Sequence record: PQ863256.1
From: Escherichia phage Ptacy1479
Length of the DNA stretch: 64,000 nucleotides
Direction: 5' to 3' (one strand)
Part shown: positions 1-9,530 of the stretch, one piece after another
Position numbering within the stretch: the first letter of the stretch is position 1
Layout: the number at the start of each line of letters is the position of its first letter
The notes under the pieces: generated by a model
Seen by the model: only the letters and a program-made list of their open reading frames with translations
Database searches by the model: none
Told to the model about the DNA's origin: nothing
Made by a program: the position numbers and the translations under genes

Positions 1-130
1 AATATGACTAGTGACATGCCCTTAATGTGATGGTGCCTTTATGACATGCCCTTTACTTCAGCGTACACGGGTTGTTGGTATGAGGGTGCCTTTACGGGTA
101 GGTCTTATGATGTGCCCTTTATACTCTTAT
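1..130. repeat. array of five RTGCC(C)TTTA words (three as TGAYRTGCCCTT) upstream of the first ORF; possible packaging, terminal-repeat or regulator-binding array
   Basis: copies read directly at ~12-23, 32-41, 42-54, 85-94, 107-119. Confidence 0.4.
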
Positions 131-146
131 TCAGAGGAGAAGAATT

Positions 147-413
147 ATGAATTTAGTATTAGACTTTTTATCAGAGTTGATTCCACGGTTCAGAACGGAG
201 AAATGTGCCTTCATTAAAGAATCCTCTGATAAGTATGGAGATGGTGAGATGATGGAACTCACTTGCATTGGTCGTCTGGTTGATTTGGATGATGAAACAG
301 ATTTTGATGTTACGATGGATGTTAGCAGTTTAGGTTGGTTATTCTTCAGAGCATTCGTATCGTACAAATATGAAACATTTAAAGATTACAGTAAGGGAGA
401 TACAGATGAATAA
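147..413 (+). CDS. hypothetical acidic protein
   Basis: ATG with GAGGAGAAG Shine-Dalgarno; 88 aa ORF. Confidence 0.45.
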   Translation: MNLVLDFLSELIPRFRTEKCAFIKESSDKYGDGEMMELTCIGRLVDLDDETDFDVTMDVSSLGWLFFRAFVSYKYETFKDYSKGDTDE

Positions 414-981
414 TTTAATTAAAGCGATGGACCTTAACGAGTATAATTCACAGCTGTGTCGCTCTGGCTGTAGCTTACAACATTTAGAGACTATGGGAAA
501 TGTTTCAGGACTGGCTGTACAAGATTTATATAGTGGAAGTATTCTTAAACCAAATATTACGGAGAACAAAAACATGTTAGATTTGATTCATACTACTCGC
601 CCTAACTCTAAAACTAAAACTAAAACACAACCATCTACTCTGGAAGTAGTTGAATATGAGTCTACTAAACATGATCACCTCCCTGACTATGCTCGTGCAA
701 TGATTGAGATGATTGAAGAAGCTGAATATGAAATGCTCCATGATTACATTACCTCCAAAGATGAATGGCATCGTGATGTTCGAATCGAAGAGGATGGTAC
801 AGAAACAATTACGTGGATTCACAAGAGTGAGCTAGTAGACGACGCACTGCGAGACTACGAAAAATTTTTGGTCGACGGCTCTATTCTTTTAGAGGAAGAG
901 AAGGGTGTAGAACTTCCGTGGGAGGGTGAGACGGTTGCTCTTGGTAAAATGTTTAACCTGTCCGTTGGTGATTGTAAGTAA
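406..981 (+). CDS. hypothetical protein (start revised from track 370 to in-frame ATG 406)
   Basis: AGGGAG 8 nt upstream of ATG 406, which overlaps the stop of the previous ORF; terminator follows. Confidence 0.5.
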   Translation: MNNLIKAMDLNEYNSQLCRSGCSLQHLETMGNVSGLAVQDLYSGSILKPNITENKNMLDLIHTTRPNSKTKTKTQPSTLEVVEYESTKHDHLPDYARAMIEMIEEAEYEMLHDYITSKDEWHRDVRIEEDGTETITWIHKSELVDDALRDYEKFLVDGSILLEEEKGVELPWEGETVALGKMFNLSVGDCK

Positions 982-986
982 TGTTT

Positions 987-1007
987 GCCTCCGTTGGGAG
1001 GCTTTTT
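987..1007 (+). terminator. intrinsic terminator-like hairpin (GCCTCC-GTTG-GGAGGC + TTTTT)
   Basis: perfect 6-bp GC stem plus T-run read directly. Confidence 0.55.
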
Positions 1008-1037
1008 GTGTTGTTGATAATGTAGAAGGAGTATAAA

Positions 1038-1511
1038 ATGTTTGGAGAAAACGGAGAACTCACGCCTGCACAGGTAGCTGAGATTACAGGAAGACTACCC
1101 GGAGTAACGGAAGAACTCGAAAGCCGTGGTATGAACCCAAGCAATGGGAAGTTTCAAAAGGGAAATAAATTCGGACGACCCAAAGGTAGTAGAGGTAAAC
1201 TGACACAATTAATGTTGGACCGTGTTGCTGCAAGTCATTTGTCTCCTGATGAAGTGTTAATTCAAATTTACGAAGATCCTAATATTCCACCTGATCTTAG
1301 ATTCAAGGCTGCATCAAAAGTTGCAGATCTGGTATATCCTAAGGCGGCCTCTGTTGAAGTTAAGATTGAGGAAGAGAATGTAATCAACGAAGAATCATTG
1401 AATGCACAAATCAAGGACTTCTTGACTGGAGCACTTGGTATCGACGTTATGCCTCCAGAAGAAGACAACTCTGAGGACGCTGAAAAGGGGGAGGAAGCGG
1501 ACGAGAGTTAA
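1038..1511 (+). CDS. putative terminase small subunit
   Basis: 157 aa, basic N-terminal segment, directly upstream of large terminase; assignment by position. Confidence 0.4.
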   Translation: MFGENGELTPAQVAEITGRLPGVTEELESRGMNPSNGKFQKGNKFGRPKGSRGKLTQLMLDRVAASHLSPDEVLIQIYEDPNIPPDLRFKAASKVADLVYPKAASVEVKIEEENVINEESLNAQIKDFLTGALGIDVMPPEEDNSEDAEKGEEADES

Positions 1512-1580
1512 GTAAAGGAAAGAAGGGGAGGTTCTTTGACGAAGGGACTTTCCCTTTTCTATTTTTAAACTGGAGGAAGT

Positions 1581-3122
1581 ATGTCATTAGATAAACAAAT
1601 TTATGAAGCTCTAACTGGTAACAATCTTAGTGTAAATGAAAAGAAAGCACTATTGAATATGTTGAAAGAGCGTGACCAATGGAGGAAGTATAATAGGATT
1701 TTGTCTTTCAAGGCGTATGACTTCCAAAAGAAATTTTATGCAGCAGGATTGAAGCATCGCTTTAGATTCTTGTGTGCAGCGAACCGTGTTGGTAAATCTT
1801 ACAGCGAGGCATACGAGTTTGCTTGTCATGTCACAGGTCGCTACCCAACTTGGTGGACAGGATATAAATTTAAAAGACCTATCTTAGCATGGGCAGTTGG
1901 TATTACAGGGGATTCCACAAGGAAAGTATTGCAAAAGGAGTTGTTTGGTACACCTATCGGAAAGGATACAAATTTATTGGGGACAGGTGTCATTCCTCGT
2001 GATGCTATCGTCATTGACACGATAGAACGAGATGGTAACAAACTTCAAATCGTACAAATTAAACATCAAAATGAAAGAGGAGAGTTTGACGGTTTAAGTA
2101 CATTAGAATTCCGTTCAACCCAACAGGGTGAACACACATTGATGGGTGCAACAGTTGACTACATTTGGTTAGACGAAGAAGATCCATACGAGTCTATGGC
2201 TATATTCGCACAGTGCGTCACACGTACACTCACAACTAAAGGTCTAGTTACAATTACGGCTACACCAGAGAACGGTTTAACTGAACTGGTAGATAAATTT
2301 ATGAAAGGTGAAGGGGATGAGAACACAGGTTCTCTATATTTCCAGAATGCTTCTTGGTGGGATGCTCATGCAGACCTAGGTGGACATATCACTGACCAAG
2401 ATATAAAAGATATGACTGAAGGTATTCCAGCGTGGCAATTAGAAATGCGTTCGAAAGGTATGCCATTGTTGGGAAGCGGTTTGATATATGATGTATCGGA
2501 TGACACAATTAAATGTGAACCATTCGAAATTCCGGATACGTGGAAACGTGTCTGTGCAATTGATATTGGTATTGATCACCCAACTGCTGCTGTTTGGACA
2601 GCTTACGATGCAAACACGGATACTATCTATGTTTACGACTCATATAAAGAAGGTGGCTTTACTCCAGTGTATCATGCTCCAGCTATTAATGGTCGTGGTC
2701 AGTGGATTCCTGTCATCCTACCGCATGATGCGGACAATATTGAGAAAGGCAGTGGCTCATCTGTTGCTCAATTCTATAAGAATGCAGGAGTTAATGTGCA
2801 GAGTGAGACCTTCTACAACAAAATTGGAATGGATGGTAAAAAGAACTTCTTTGTAGAACCCGGAATCACAGATATCCGAGAAAGAATGATGAGTGGACGC
2901 TTTAAAGTCTTTAACACAGCCGCTAACGCTAAGCTATTCGAAGAGAAAGCTAGATATCACCGTAAGGTTGGTAAGATTATTAAAGAACATGATGACTTAA
3001 TGGATGCAATGCGCTATTCAGCGTGCTCTGTTACACATCGTGGTCGCTCTAAGCATGACGTTAGCTACGGAAGTGCTTCTCTATATGAGGCAAACGTAAG
3101 CAGATGGAATCAGAGCTACTAA
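1581..3122 (+). CDS. terminase large subunit
   Basis: 513 aa; Walker-A-like AANRVGKS near N-terminus, acidic nuclease-type C-terminal half; precedes portal. Confidence 0.85.
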   Translation: MSLDKQIYEALTGNNLSVNEKKALLNMLKERDQWRKYNRILSFKAYDFQKKFYAAGLKHRFRFLCAANRVGKSYSEAYEFACHVTGRYPTWWTGYKFKRPILAWAVGITGDSTRKVLQKELFGTPIGKDTNLLGTGVIPRDAIVIDTIERDGNKLQIVQIKHQNERGEFDGLSTLEFRSTQQGEHTLMGATVDYIWLDEEDPYESMAIFAQCVTRTLTTKGLVTITATPENGLTELVDKFMKGEGDENTGSLYFQNASWWDAHADLGGHITDQDIKDMTEGIPAWQLEMRSKGMPLLGSGLIYDVSDDTIKCEPFEIPDTWKRVCAIDIGIDHPTAAVWTAYDANTDTIYVYDSYKEGGFTPVYHAPAINGRGQWIPVILPHDADNIEKGSGSSVAQFYKNAGVNVQSETFYNKIGMDGKKNFFVEPGITDIRERMMSGRFKVFNTAANAKLFEEKARYHRKVGKIIKEHDDLMDAMRYSACSVTHRGRSKHDVSYGSASLYEANVSRWNQSY

Positions 3123-3127
3123 AGTAA

Positions 3128-3157
3128 GGGGGAGGTTTGTCCTCCCTTCTTTTATTT
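3128..3157 (+). terminator. terminator-like hairpin (GGGAGG-TTTGT-CCTCCC + T-rich tail)
   Basis: stem-loop plus TTCTTTTATTT read directly between terminase and portal. Confidence 0.45.
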
Positions 3158-3183
3158 AAGCTATCAACCGAGGGAGAGAATAG

Positions 3184-5427
3184 ATGGCTAAGCAAAAATA
3201 TAGTGAAGAGGTGTTGGACGAGTTACGTGTTGACCTTCAACGTCGTTTTAATTACGCTCAAGGATACGTGGACATGGCTGTTAAGGGCTATGCTCGTGAA
3301 GCTTGGGAATATTTCTATGGTAACTTACCTGCACCAGTAACTGCTGGCAGCTCTAGTTGGGTAGATCGTACTGTTTGGGAATCTGTTAACGGTACATTGC
3401 AAGATATTATTAACGTATTCTGTTCTGGTGATGAAGCAGTTACTTTCGTAGCTGACAACCAACAGGATTCTGATGCTGCTGATGTAGCAACTAAGTTAGT
3501 TAACCAAATTCTTCTGCGTGATAATCCGGGATACAATATTATCTCTTCTGCTGCACAAGAATGTCTGGTTACTCGTAACTCTTTTATCAAATATTATTGG
3601 GATGAGCAAACTTCTACCCAAACTGAAGAGGCTGAAGGTGTACCACCGGAAGCACTGGCTGCATATGTTCAGGGGTTAGAAGCTGGTGGACTCAAGAATC
3701 TGGAAATCTTCACTGAAGAAAATGAAGACGGTACAGTAGATGTTAGAGTTACTTACGAACAAACTGTTAAACGTGTGAAAGTTGAATATGTTCCTTCAGA
3801 GCAAATCTTTGTTGATGAACATGCTACCTCTTTTGCAGATGCACAATATTTCTGTCATCGTGTACGTCGTTCTAAAGAAGATCTGGTTGCTATGGGCTTC
3901 CCTAAAGACGAGATTGAAGCATTCAACGACTGGACAGACACGATGGATACTACTCAATCTACAGTTGCTTGGTCTCGTACTGACTGGCGTCAGGATATTG
4001 ATGCTGATATTGGTACAGATACCGAAGACATTGCTTCTATGGTTTGGGTTTATGAGCACTACATTCGTACTGGTGTTCTAGATAAGAATAAAGAGTCTAA
4101 ACTCTATCAGGTTATTCAAGCTGGTGAGCATATCCTTCACACTGAAGAAGTAACTCACATTCCGTTTGTAACCTTCTGCCCGTATCCGATTCCGGGTTCC
4201 TTCTATGGTCAATCGGTCTATGACATTACGAAAGATATTCAAGATTTACGTACCGCGTTAGTTCGTGGTTATATTGATAACGTCAACAATGCTAACTATG
4301 GTCGATATAAAGCTCTTGTTGGTGCATACGACCGTCGCTCTCTGCTTGATAACCGTCCCGGTGGAGTGGTTGAAATGGAACGTCAGGACGCTATTGACCT
4401 GTTCCCATACCATAACCTACCTCAAGGTATTGACGGCCTCCTAGGTATGTCTGAGGAGCTTAAAGAGACTCGTACAGGTGTAACTAAACTTGGCATGGGT
4501 ATCAACCCTGATGTGTTTAAGAATGATAACGCTTATGCAACTGTAGGCTTGATGATGAATGCTGCACAGAACCGTCTCCGTATGGTATGTCGTAACATTG
4601 CTCACAACGGTATGGTTGAATTGATGCGTGGTATTTACAATCTTATCAGAGAAAATGGTGAAGTTCCTATCGAGGTACAAACCCCTCGTGGTATGATTCA
4701 GGTAAATCCAAAACAATTACCAGCTCGTCACAATCTTCAAGTTGTTGTAGCTATCTCTCCTAATGAGAAAGCAGAACGTGCACAGAAATTGATTAGCTTG
4801 AAACAGTTGATTGCAGCAGATGCACAGTTAGCACCTCTCTTTGGTTTGGAGCAAGACCGTTACATGACTGCACAGATCTTTGAGTTGATGGGTATTAAAG
4901 ATACTCATAAATACCTTCTGCCTCTGGAACAGTATCAGCCTCCAGAACCTTCTCCGATGGAAATCCTCCAGCTTGAGATGACTAAAGCACAGGTTGAGAA
5001 CGTACAGGCTTCTTCTCAGAAGATGATTGCTGATGCATTCGACCAACGTGAACGTACTACATTCGAACAGCAGAAAGCTGCGGATGAATTAAGTCTGCGT
5101 CAGGAAGAGTTGCAGTTCAAGCAAGAAAATGCAGCAGATGCAATGACTCTGGAAAACCGTAAAGAAGATAACAATGCTACTCTGGAACAAGCTAAGCACA
5201 AGTTAGCTCTTATGCAACAGCAGGTCCGTCAGTATGAATCTGTACTGAAAGAATTGCAGATGGTTATGTCTCATCAAGTAGACCAAGAGAAGATTGTTCA
5301 GCAAACTCGTGTTCAGGATAAAACTTTGGAACTCCAAAAGAAAGAGGCTAATGTAACTAAGAAAGAGCAACAAGCTTCTCTCAAAGATTCACGGATTCCA
5401 GGCAAACGTCTTGGAAGTAAAAACTAA
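3184..5427 (+). CDS. portal protein
   Basis: 747 aa between terminase and scaffold; C-terminal coiled-coil; size and position typical of portal. Confidence 0.8.
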   Translation: MAKQKYSEEVLDELRVDLQRRFNYAQGYVDMAVKGYAREAWEYFYGNLPAPVTAGSSSWVDRTVWESVNGTLQDIINVFCSGDEAVTFVADNQQDSDAADVATKLVNQILLRDNPGYNIISSAAQECLVTRNSFIKYYWDEQTSTQTEEAEGVPPEALAAYVQGLEAGGLKNLEIFTEENEDGTVDVRVTYEQTVKRVKVEYVPSEQIFVDEHATSFADAQYFCHRVRRSKEDLVAMGFPKDEIEAFNDWTDTMDTTQSTVAWSRTDWRQDIDADIGTDTEDIASMVWVYEHYIRTGVLDKNKESKLYQVIQAGEHILHTEEVTHIPFVTFCPYPIPGSFYGQSVYDITKDIQDLRTALVRGYIDNVNNANYGRYKALVGAYDRRSLLDNRPGGVVEMERQDAIDLFPYHNLPQGIDGLLGMSEELKETRTGVTKLGMGINPDVFKNDNAYATVGLMMNAAQNRLRMVCRNIAHNGMVELMRGIYNLIRENGEVPIEVQTPRGMIQVNPKQLPARHNLQVVVAISPNEKAERAQKLISLKQLIAADAQLAPLFGLEQDRYMTAQIFELMGIKDTHKYLLPLEQYQPPEPSPMEILQLEMTKAQVENVQASSQKMIADAFDQRERTTFEQQKAADELSLRQEELQFKQENAADAMTLENRKEDNNATLEQAKHKLALMQQQVRQYESVLKELQMVMSHQVDQEKIVQQTRVQDKTLELQKKEANVTKKEQQASLKDSRIPGKRLGSKN

Positions 5428-5436
5428 GGACGTCGA

Positions 5437-5673
5437 ATGAACATTAGACATCAATTTAATAAAGAGCACGCCGCCGCTTTGGCGGCTCTCAACCTTAACG
5501 GCAGTCTTGACGCAGCATTAGAGGCATTGAAAGAAAGACTCATGACAGAGATAGTTCAAACAGAACCTCATGAGAATAAGAAACGCGAAGATTGTTATCA
5601 AAAGTATAAAATGGTTGGTAGCTTAAAAGAGGTCATAAAAGCTGCTATCAATAGTGCAGGAGATGTTTCATAA
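5437..5673 (+). CDS. hypothetical small protein
   Basis: TAAGGA 7 nt upstream of ATG; 78 aa. Confidence 0.45.
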   Translation: MNIRHQFNKEHAAALAALNLNGSLDAALEALKERLMTEIVQTEPHENKKREDCYQKYKMVGSLKEVIKAAINSAGDVS

Positions 5674-6758
5674 TGCCACAAGATAATTATATTGACCCGA
5701 ACGATTTTAAATCTTTCCTCCAACTGGATGACCTGAAAGGTTCTTTCAAAGAAGAACTCGGTCGATTAGAATCTGAACAAGAACCAGAAGTGGACATTGA
5801 CGATGAGTTCCCGGAAAAAGACGGTGACGATTTCGACTTTGATACCGACCTTCTCGGTGAAAGCGATGAGCTTAAGTTCGAAGATGAAGATGGTTGGGAA
5901 GGTCGTGAAGAGGAAGGCGAAGTCGAACAAGATGAGGAAGAATTTGATGAATCAGACGAAAGCTCTGAAGCAGATGAGGACGACTCAAGCGATGCAGGAT
6001 ATGAAGATGATTCTGCTGACGGTGAAGGTGAAGTCTTTGATGTAGACTACGAAACCGTTATCACCCTTCCTGATGGACGTGAGATGACTATTGAAGAACT
6101 TTCTAATGGCTATCTTACTGGTGCTGATATGACAGAACGAGAGACTACTCTTCAGCGTCATATGGAAGCATTCGAGGAACGTGTAGTAGGTTTGAAGGAT
6201 GTATTAGAACTAGCGTCTTTAGAAGCAGACCGAGTAATTGAAGATTATAACGGTTTTGATTGGGACAAGCTTGCAGTAGAAGATCCTCAAGCGTATGTTG
6301 AAAACAAACGTTTCTTAGAGAAGTACACAGCTCGCCGTCAACAGCTTGAACAGGCTCAGGTCCGTATTAAGCAGGAAGCAGCAGCTAAAGAGCAGGAAGC
6401 TTTCCAAGCCAAGAGCATTGAATGTGTTAATATTCTGAAACGTGAGATTCCAAATTGGGATGAAAACTTATATCAAAACTTAATGCAATACGCAATTGAC
6501 TTAGGTGCTACTGAAGAAGAAGTATTGAAGGAAAACCGTCCGTCTATTTTCCTAGCTCTCCATAAAGCATACCAATTTGATAAAGGTAAGCAACAGGTGA
6601 TGGCTAAGATTAAACGTCCCGGTGCTCCACGCAAGGTTGTGAAGTCTGATGCTGCAAAGTCTCGTACTTCCAATAAGCCCGACAACGCTAAGGTTGCCAA
6701 GGCATTCGCAGAGGGTCGCGTTAGTCACGAAGACGCATTCAAATTCCTCGTAGATTAA
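5673..6758 (+). CDS. scaffolding protein (putative)
   Basis: very acidic D/E-rich N-terminal half, coiled-coil C-terminus, located between portal and capsid. Confidence 0.65.
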   Translation: MPQDNYIDPNDFKSFLQLDDLKGSFKEELGRLESEQEPEVDIDDEFPEKDGDDFDFDTDLLGESDELKFEDEDGWEGREEEGEVEQDEEEFDESDESSEADEDDSSDAGYEDDSADGEGEVFDVDYETVITLPDGREMTIEELSNGYLTGADMTERETTLQRHMEAFEERVVGLKDVLELASLEADRVIEDYNGFDWDKLAVEDPQAYVENKRFLEKYTARRQQLEQAQVRIKQEAAAKEQEAFQAKSIECVNILKREIPNWDENLYQNLMQYAIDLGATEEEVLKENRPSIFLALHKAYQFDKGKQQVMAKIKRPGAPRKVVKSDAAKSRTSNKPDNAKVAKAFAEGRVSHEDAFKFLVD

Positions 6759-6798
6759 TCGACAAATTAATTATTAATAGTATAGGAGCTAACATAAC

Positions 6799-7860
6799 AT
6801 GGCTAATCCAACTTTATTTGTATCGTATGACCAGAATGGTAAAAAACTTTCTTTTGCTAACTGGATTTCTGTTCTGTCCCCTCAGGATACCCCGTTCGTA
6901 TCTATGACCGGTAAAGAGTCTATCAACCAGACCATCTTTAGCTGGCAGACCGATGCATTGGCAAGCGTTGACGCTAATAACGCACACGTCGAAGGCTCTC
7001 GTGCTGAAGACGGCGAAATGAAACCGACTGTTATCAAATCTAACGTTACTCAGATTCTGCGTAAGGTTGTTCGTGTTTCTGATACTGCTAACACCACCGC
7101 TAACTACGGTCGTGGTCGTGAACTGATGTATCAGCTGGAGAAGAAAGGTAAAGAGATCAAACGTGATCTCGAGAAGATCCTTCTGTCCGGTCAGGCTCGT
7201 ACCGACGTTCTGGCGGACCAGTACCTGACTAACTCTGCAACTGATCCTGATGTTGTTGGTCTGAACGACACCCATGCAGCTCGTAAGACTGGTGCTTTCC
7301 AGTTCCTGTGTGCTCACGGCGGTCTGTCTGGTGGTTTTGTTGACAAGACCAAAAATGGTCCTGCTGACCCAGATACTGGTGCAGTAACTGTTAAAGTTGC
7401 ACAGAATGCTTCTAACCCGACCACTAACATTGGTTTCGACGAAGCTGATATCTTTGATATGACTCTGCAACTGTACACCGCTGGTTCTGAAGCAGATATC
7501 ATCATGATTAACCCGGCTCATGCTAAGATCTTCGCTGGTCTGCAAGAAAATACTCAGGGTTCACGTAAGCGTATCTTTGAGAACACCAAGCAGTTCATCT
7601 ACGAAGTTAACAGCATCACTGACCCGCTGGGCCAGAGCTACAAAATCATCGTTAACCGTTGGATGCCTACCGATGCAGTTTACTTCTTCCGTAGCGCTGA
7701 CTGGACTCAGATGGTTCTGCGTGCTCCGAAACGTACTGAACTGGCTAAAGATGGTTCTTACGAGAAGTGGATGATTGAGATGGAAGTTGGTCTGCGTCAC
7801 CGCAACCCGTATGCTTCCGGCGTTCTGTTCACTGCTGCGGGAAAGGTAGCGGCGGCGTAA
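6799..7860 (+). CDS. major capsid protein
   Basis: 353 aa after scaffold; followed by strong terminator; carries frameshift site at 3' end. Confidence 0.8.
   Translation: MANPTLFVSYDQNGKKLSFANWISVLSPQDTPFVSMTGKESINQTIFSWQTDALASVDANNAHVEGSRAEDGEMKPTVIKSNVTQILRKVVRVSDTANTTANYGRGRELMYQLEKKGKEIKRDLEKILLSGQARTDVLADQYLTNSATDPDVVGLNDTHAARKTGAFQFLCAHGGLSGGFVDKTKNGPADPDTGAVTVKVAQNASNPTTNIGFDEADIFDMTLQLYTAGSEADIIMINPAHAKIFAGLQENTQGSRKRIFENTKQFIYEVNSITDPLGQSYKIIVNRWMPTDAVYFFRSADWTQMVLRAPKRTELAKDGSYEKWMIEMEVGLRHRNPYASGVLFTAAGKVAAA
7839..7845 (+). other. -1 programmed ribosomal frameshift slippery heptamer G GGA AAG
   Basis: X XXY YYZ in capsid frame, 13 nt before capsid stop; -1 frame open from 7779 to 8639. 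Confidence 0.6.
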
Positions 7861-8639
7861 CAGTAGATACCGTAACTGTTAGTCCTTCGTCGGTTGCAAG
7901 CCTTCCGACGGGGGCTACTCAGCAGTTTACAGCTACAGCAGAAATGAGCGACGGCTCCACAAGCACAACTGGATTTAATTGGTCCGTTGAAGGCGGTGGG
8001 GCTGTTTCTGTTTCTGGGCTATACACTGCACCGAGTGCGTCGCAAGAAACCCCAGCAACTATTACGGCTACTAAGGGTGGTAAAACAGGTACTGCTACAG
8101 TTCAGTCTATTTTTGAACCTGCTACTATCGAAGCCAAAGCTAACATTACTGGTAAAGTTGGTGGAAGCACTACAGCCTTTACTACAATGTTCACAGCAAC
8201 TAACTCCTCAGCAGAAGATTATACTTTTGTTGTAGCTCCAACGTCAGCAGGAACTGTTAGCGCAGCAGGAGTTTTAACTTTAAGTAACAGTGCAACAGGT
8301 ACAGTCACTGTTAAGGCTACCCATAAAACTCAGTCAGATGTTGAAGCCACTGTAACCTTTACAGGTGTTGTTGCTAAAGCTACCATCACAGCTAAAACTG
8401 TAGAGGCTAAAGTTGGTGGTGATGTAGTACCTTTTGCTGATATGTTTACGAGTAATAATGCTGCAACTAACTTCAACTATGTAGTAACTCCAACTGCTGC
8501 TGGTACAGTGGATAGCTCTGGTAATCTCACTCTTGCAGATGATCCGGGTGCTGAAACTGTTACAGTTAAGGCAACACATAAAACTCAAACTACAGTTACA
8601 GCTACTTGTTCTATTCCTGCTACTCCTAAAGCAGTATAA
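7845..8639 (+). CDS. Ig-like (BIG2-type) domain extension, predicted to be made only as a -1 frameshift fusion to the major capsid protein
   Basis: -1 frame has no ATG/GTG/TTG before 7944, yet the Ig-like domain begins upstream of that Met (VDTVTVSPSSVASLPTGATQQFTATAE). Confidence 0.6.
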   Translation, partial: GSGGVTVDTVTVSPSSVASLPTGATQQFTATAEMSDGSTSTTGFNWSVEGGGAVSVSGLYTAPSASQETPATITATKGGKTGTATVQSIFEPATIEAKANITGKVGGSTTAFTTMFTATNSSAEDYTFVVAPTSAGTVSAAGVLTLSNSATGTVTVKATHKTQSDVEATVTFTGVVAKATITAKTVEAKVGGDVVPFADMFTSNNAATNFNYVVTPTAAGTVDSSGNLTLADDPGAETVTVKATHKTQTTVTATCSIPATPKAV

Positions 8640-8675
8640 TGTACAGTAACTAGTGAAGAGATTGCATAAGAATAA

Positions 8676-8704
8676 AGCCGCCTTCGGGTGGCTTTTCTTG
8701 TTTT
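8676..8704 (+). terminator. rho-independent terminator after capsid module
   Basis: AGCCGCC-TTCG-GGTGGCT followed by TTTCTTGTTTT. Confidence 0.7.
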
Positions 8705-8726
8705 AAGACCTATACAAGCTAGTGTG

Positions 8727-8735
8727 TAATGTATA
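8727..8735 (+). promoter_or_regulatory. TAATGTATA phage promoter-like element, 33 nt upstream of ATG 8769
   Basis: exact 9-mer recurring upstream of several genes; recalled as the phiEco32-type middle/late promoter motif (unverified). Confidence 0.5.
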
Positions 8736-8768
8736 TTCTTTGTCTACATATAACAAGGAGGACAACCT

Positions 8769-9521
8769 ATGGCAATGCCAGATGTTCAATATCCCATCAA
8801 TACCTATGGGTGGCTAAAGAAGGCCGTGGCCCTCTGGGCGGATAGGGACGATGATGAATTTGTTAATCAAATTCCAAACTTTATTAACTTTGCAGAGAAA
8901 GAGATTTACCGTAACTTACGTATTCCTCCTCTGGAAAAAGAAGTGTATCTCAGCATTAAAGACGGAGTGGCTTTTATTCCTCCGGATTATTTACAAGCTC
9001 AGTGGATGATGAGAGCTAAAGATGGATCGATATTTCAAGTAACCTCTCCAGAAGAGATCAGCTATCGAAAACAACATGGTACAATAAATCCGTCTCACTG
9101 GAACAATCAACCAGTTAACTATGCTCGTTTTGGTTCTCGCTTTTTATTCTATCCGCTGATTAATGCCGACACCCCTGTCTATCCTGATGATGGGAGTCCT
9201 GCCATTCCAGCAGAGAATTCTGTGATTCTGAGTTATTATGCAGATCCTCCAGAGTTTCATGCAGATGAAGATACTAGTGCAATATTAACCATTGCCCCAG
9301 AGCTTCTTCTATATTTTACCCTTAGACATGCATGTCTTTTTGTTCAGGATGATAATGGTGTTCAAAAATGGTCTGCGTTAGGTAAGGCTATTCTTGATGA
9401 AATGGTTGAGCAAGATAAGAAACAAGAGTACTCAGGCTCTCCTATTGCGATACCTAATAATATGACCAGACTTCAGAGTAGCCTACCAGATATTTATGGA
9501 ATACGTACCTCTAGAGTATAA
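8769..9521 (+). CDS. hypothetical virion protein (adaptor/tail candidate)
   Basis: AAGGAGG Shine-Dalgarno; 250 aa between capsid and tail fiber. Confidence 0.5.
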   Translation: MAMPDVQYPINTYGWLKKAVALWADRDDDEFVNQIPNFINFAEKEIYRNLRIPPLEKEVYLSIKDGVAFIPPDYLQAQWMMRAKDGSIFQVTSPEEISYRKQHGTINPSHWNNQPVNYARFGSRFLFYPLINADTPVYPDDGSPAIPAENSVILSYYADPPEFHADEDTSAILTIAPELLLYFTLRHACLFVQDDNGVQKWSALGKAILDEMVEQDKKQEYSGSPIAIPNNMTRLQSSLPDIYGIRTSRV

Positions 9522-9530
9522 GGAGATTTT

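Noticed and set aside
3137-3340. 67-aa + strand ORF overlapping the portal start
   Set aside because: Alternative frame overlapping the start of the portal gene, which has the better context.
6814-7545. 243-aa ORF on the - strand
   Set aside because: Lies entirely antisense to the well-supported major capsid gene; an artefact of an open antisense frame.
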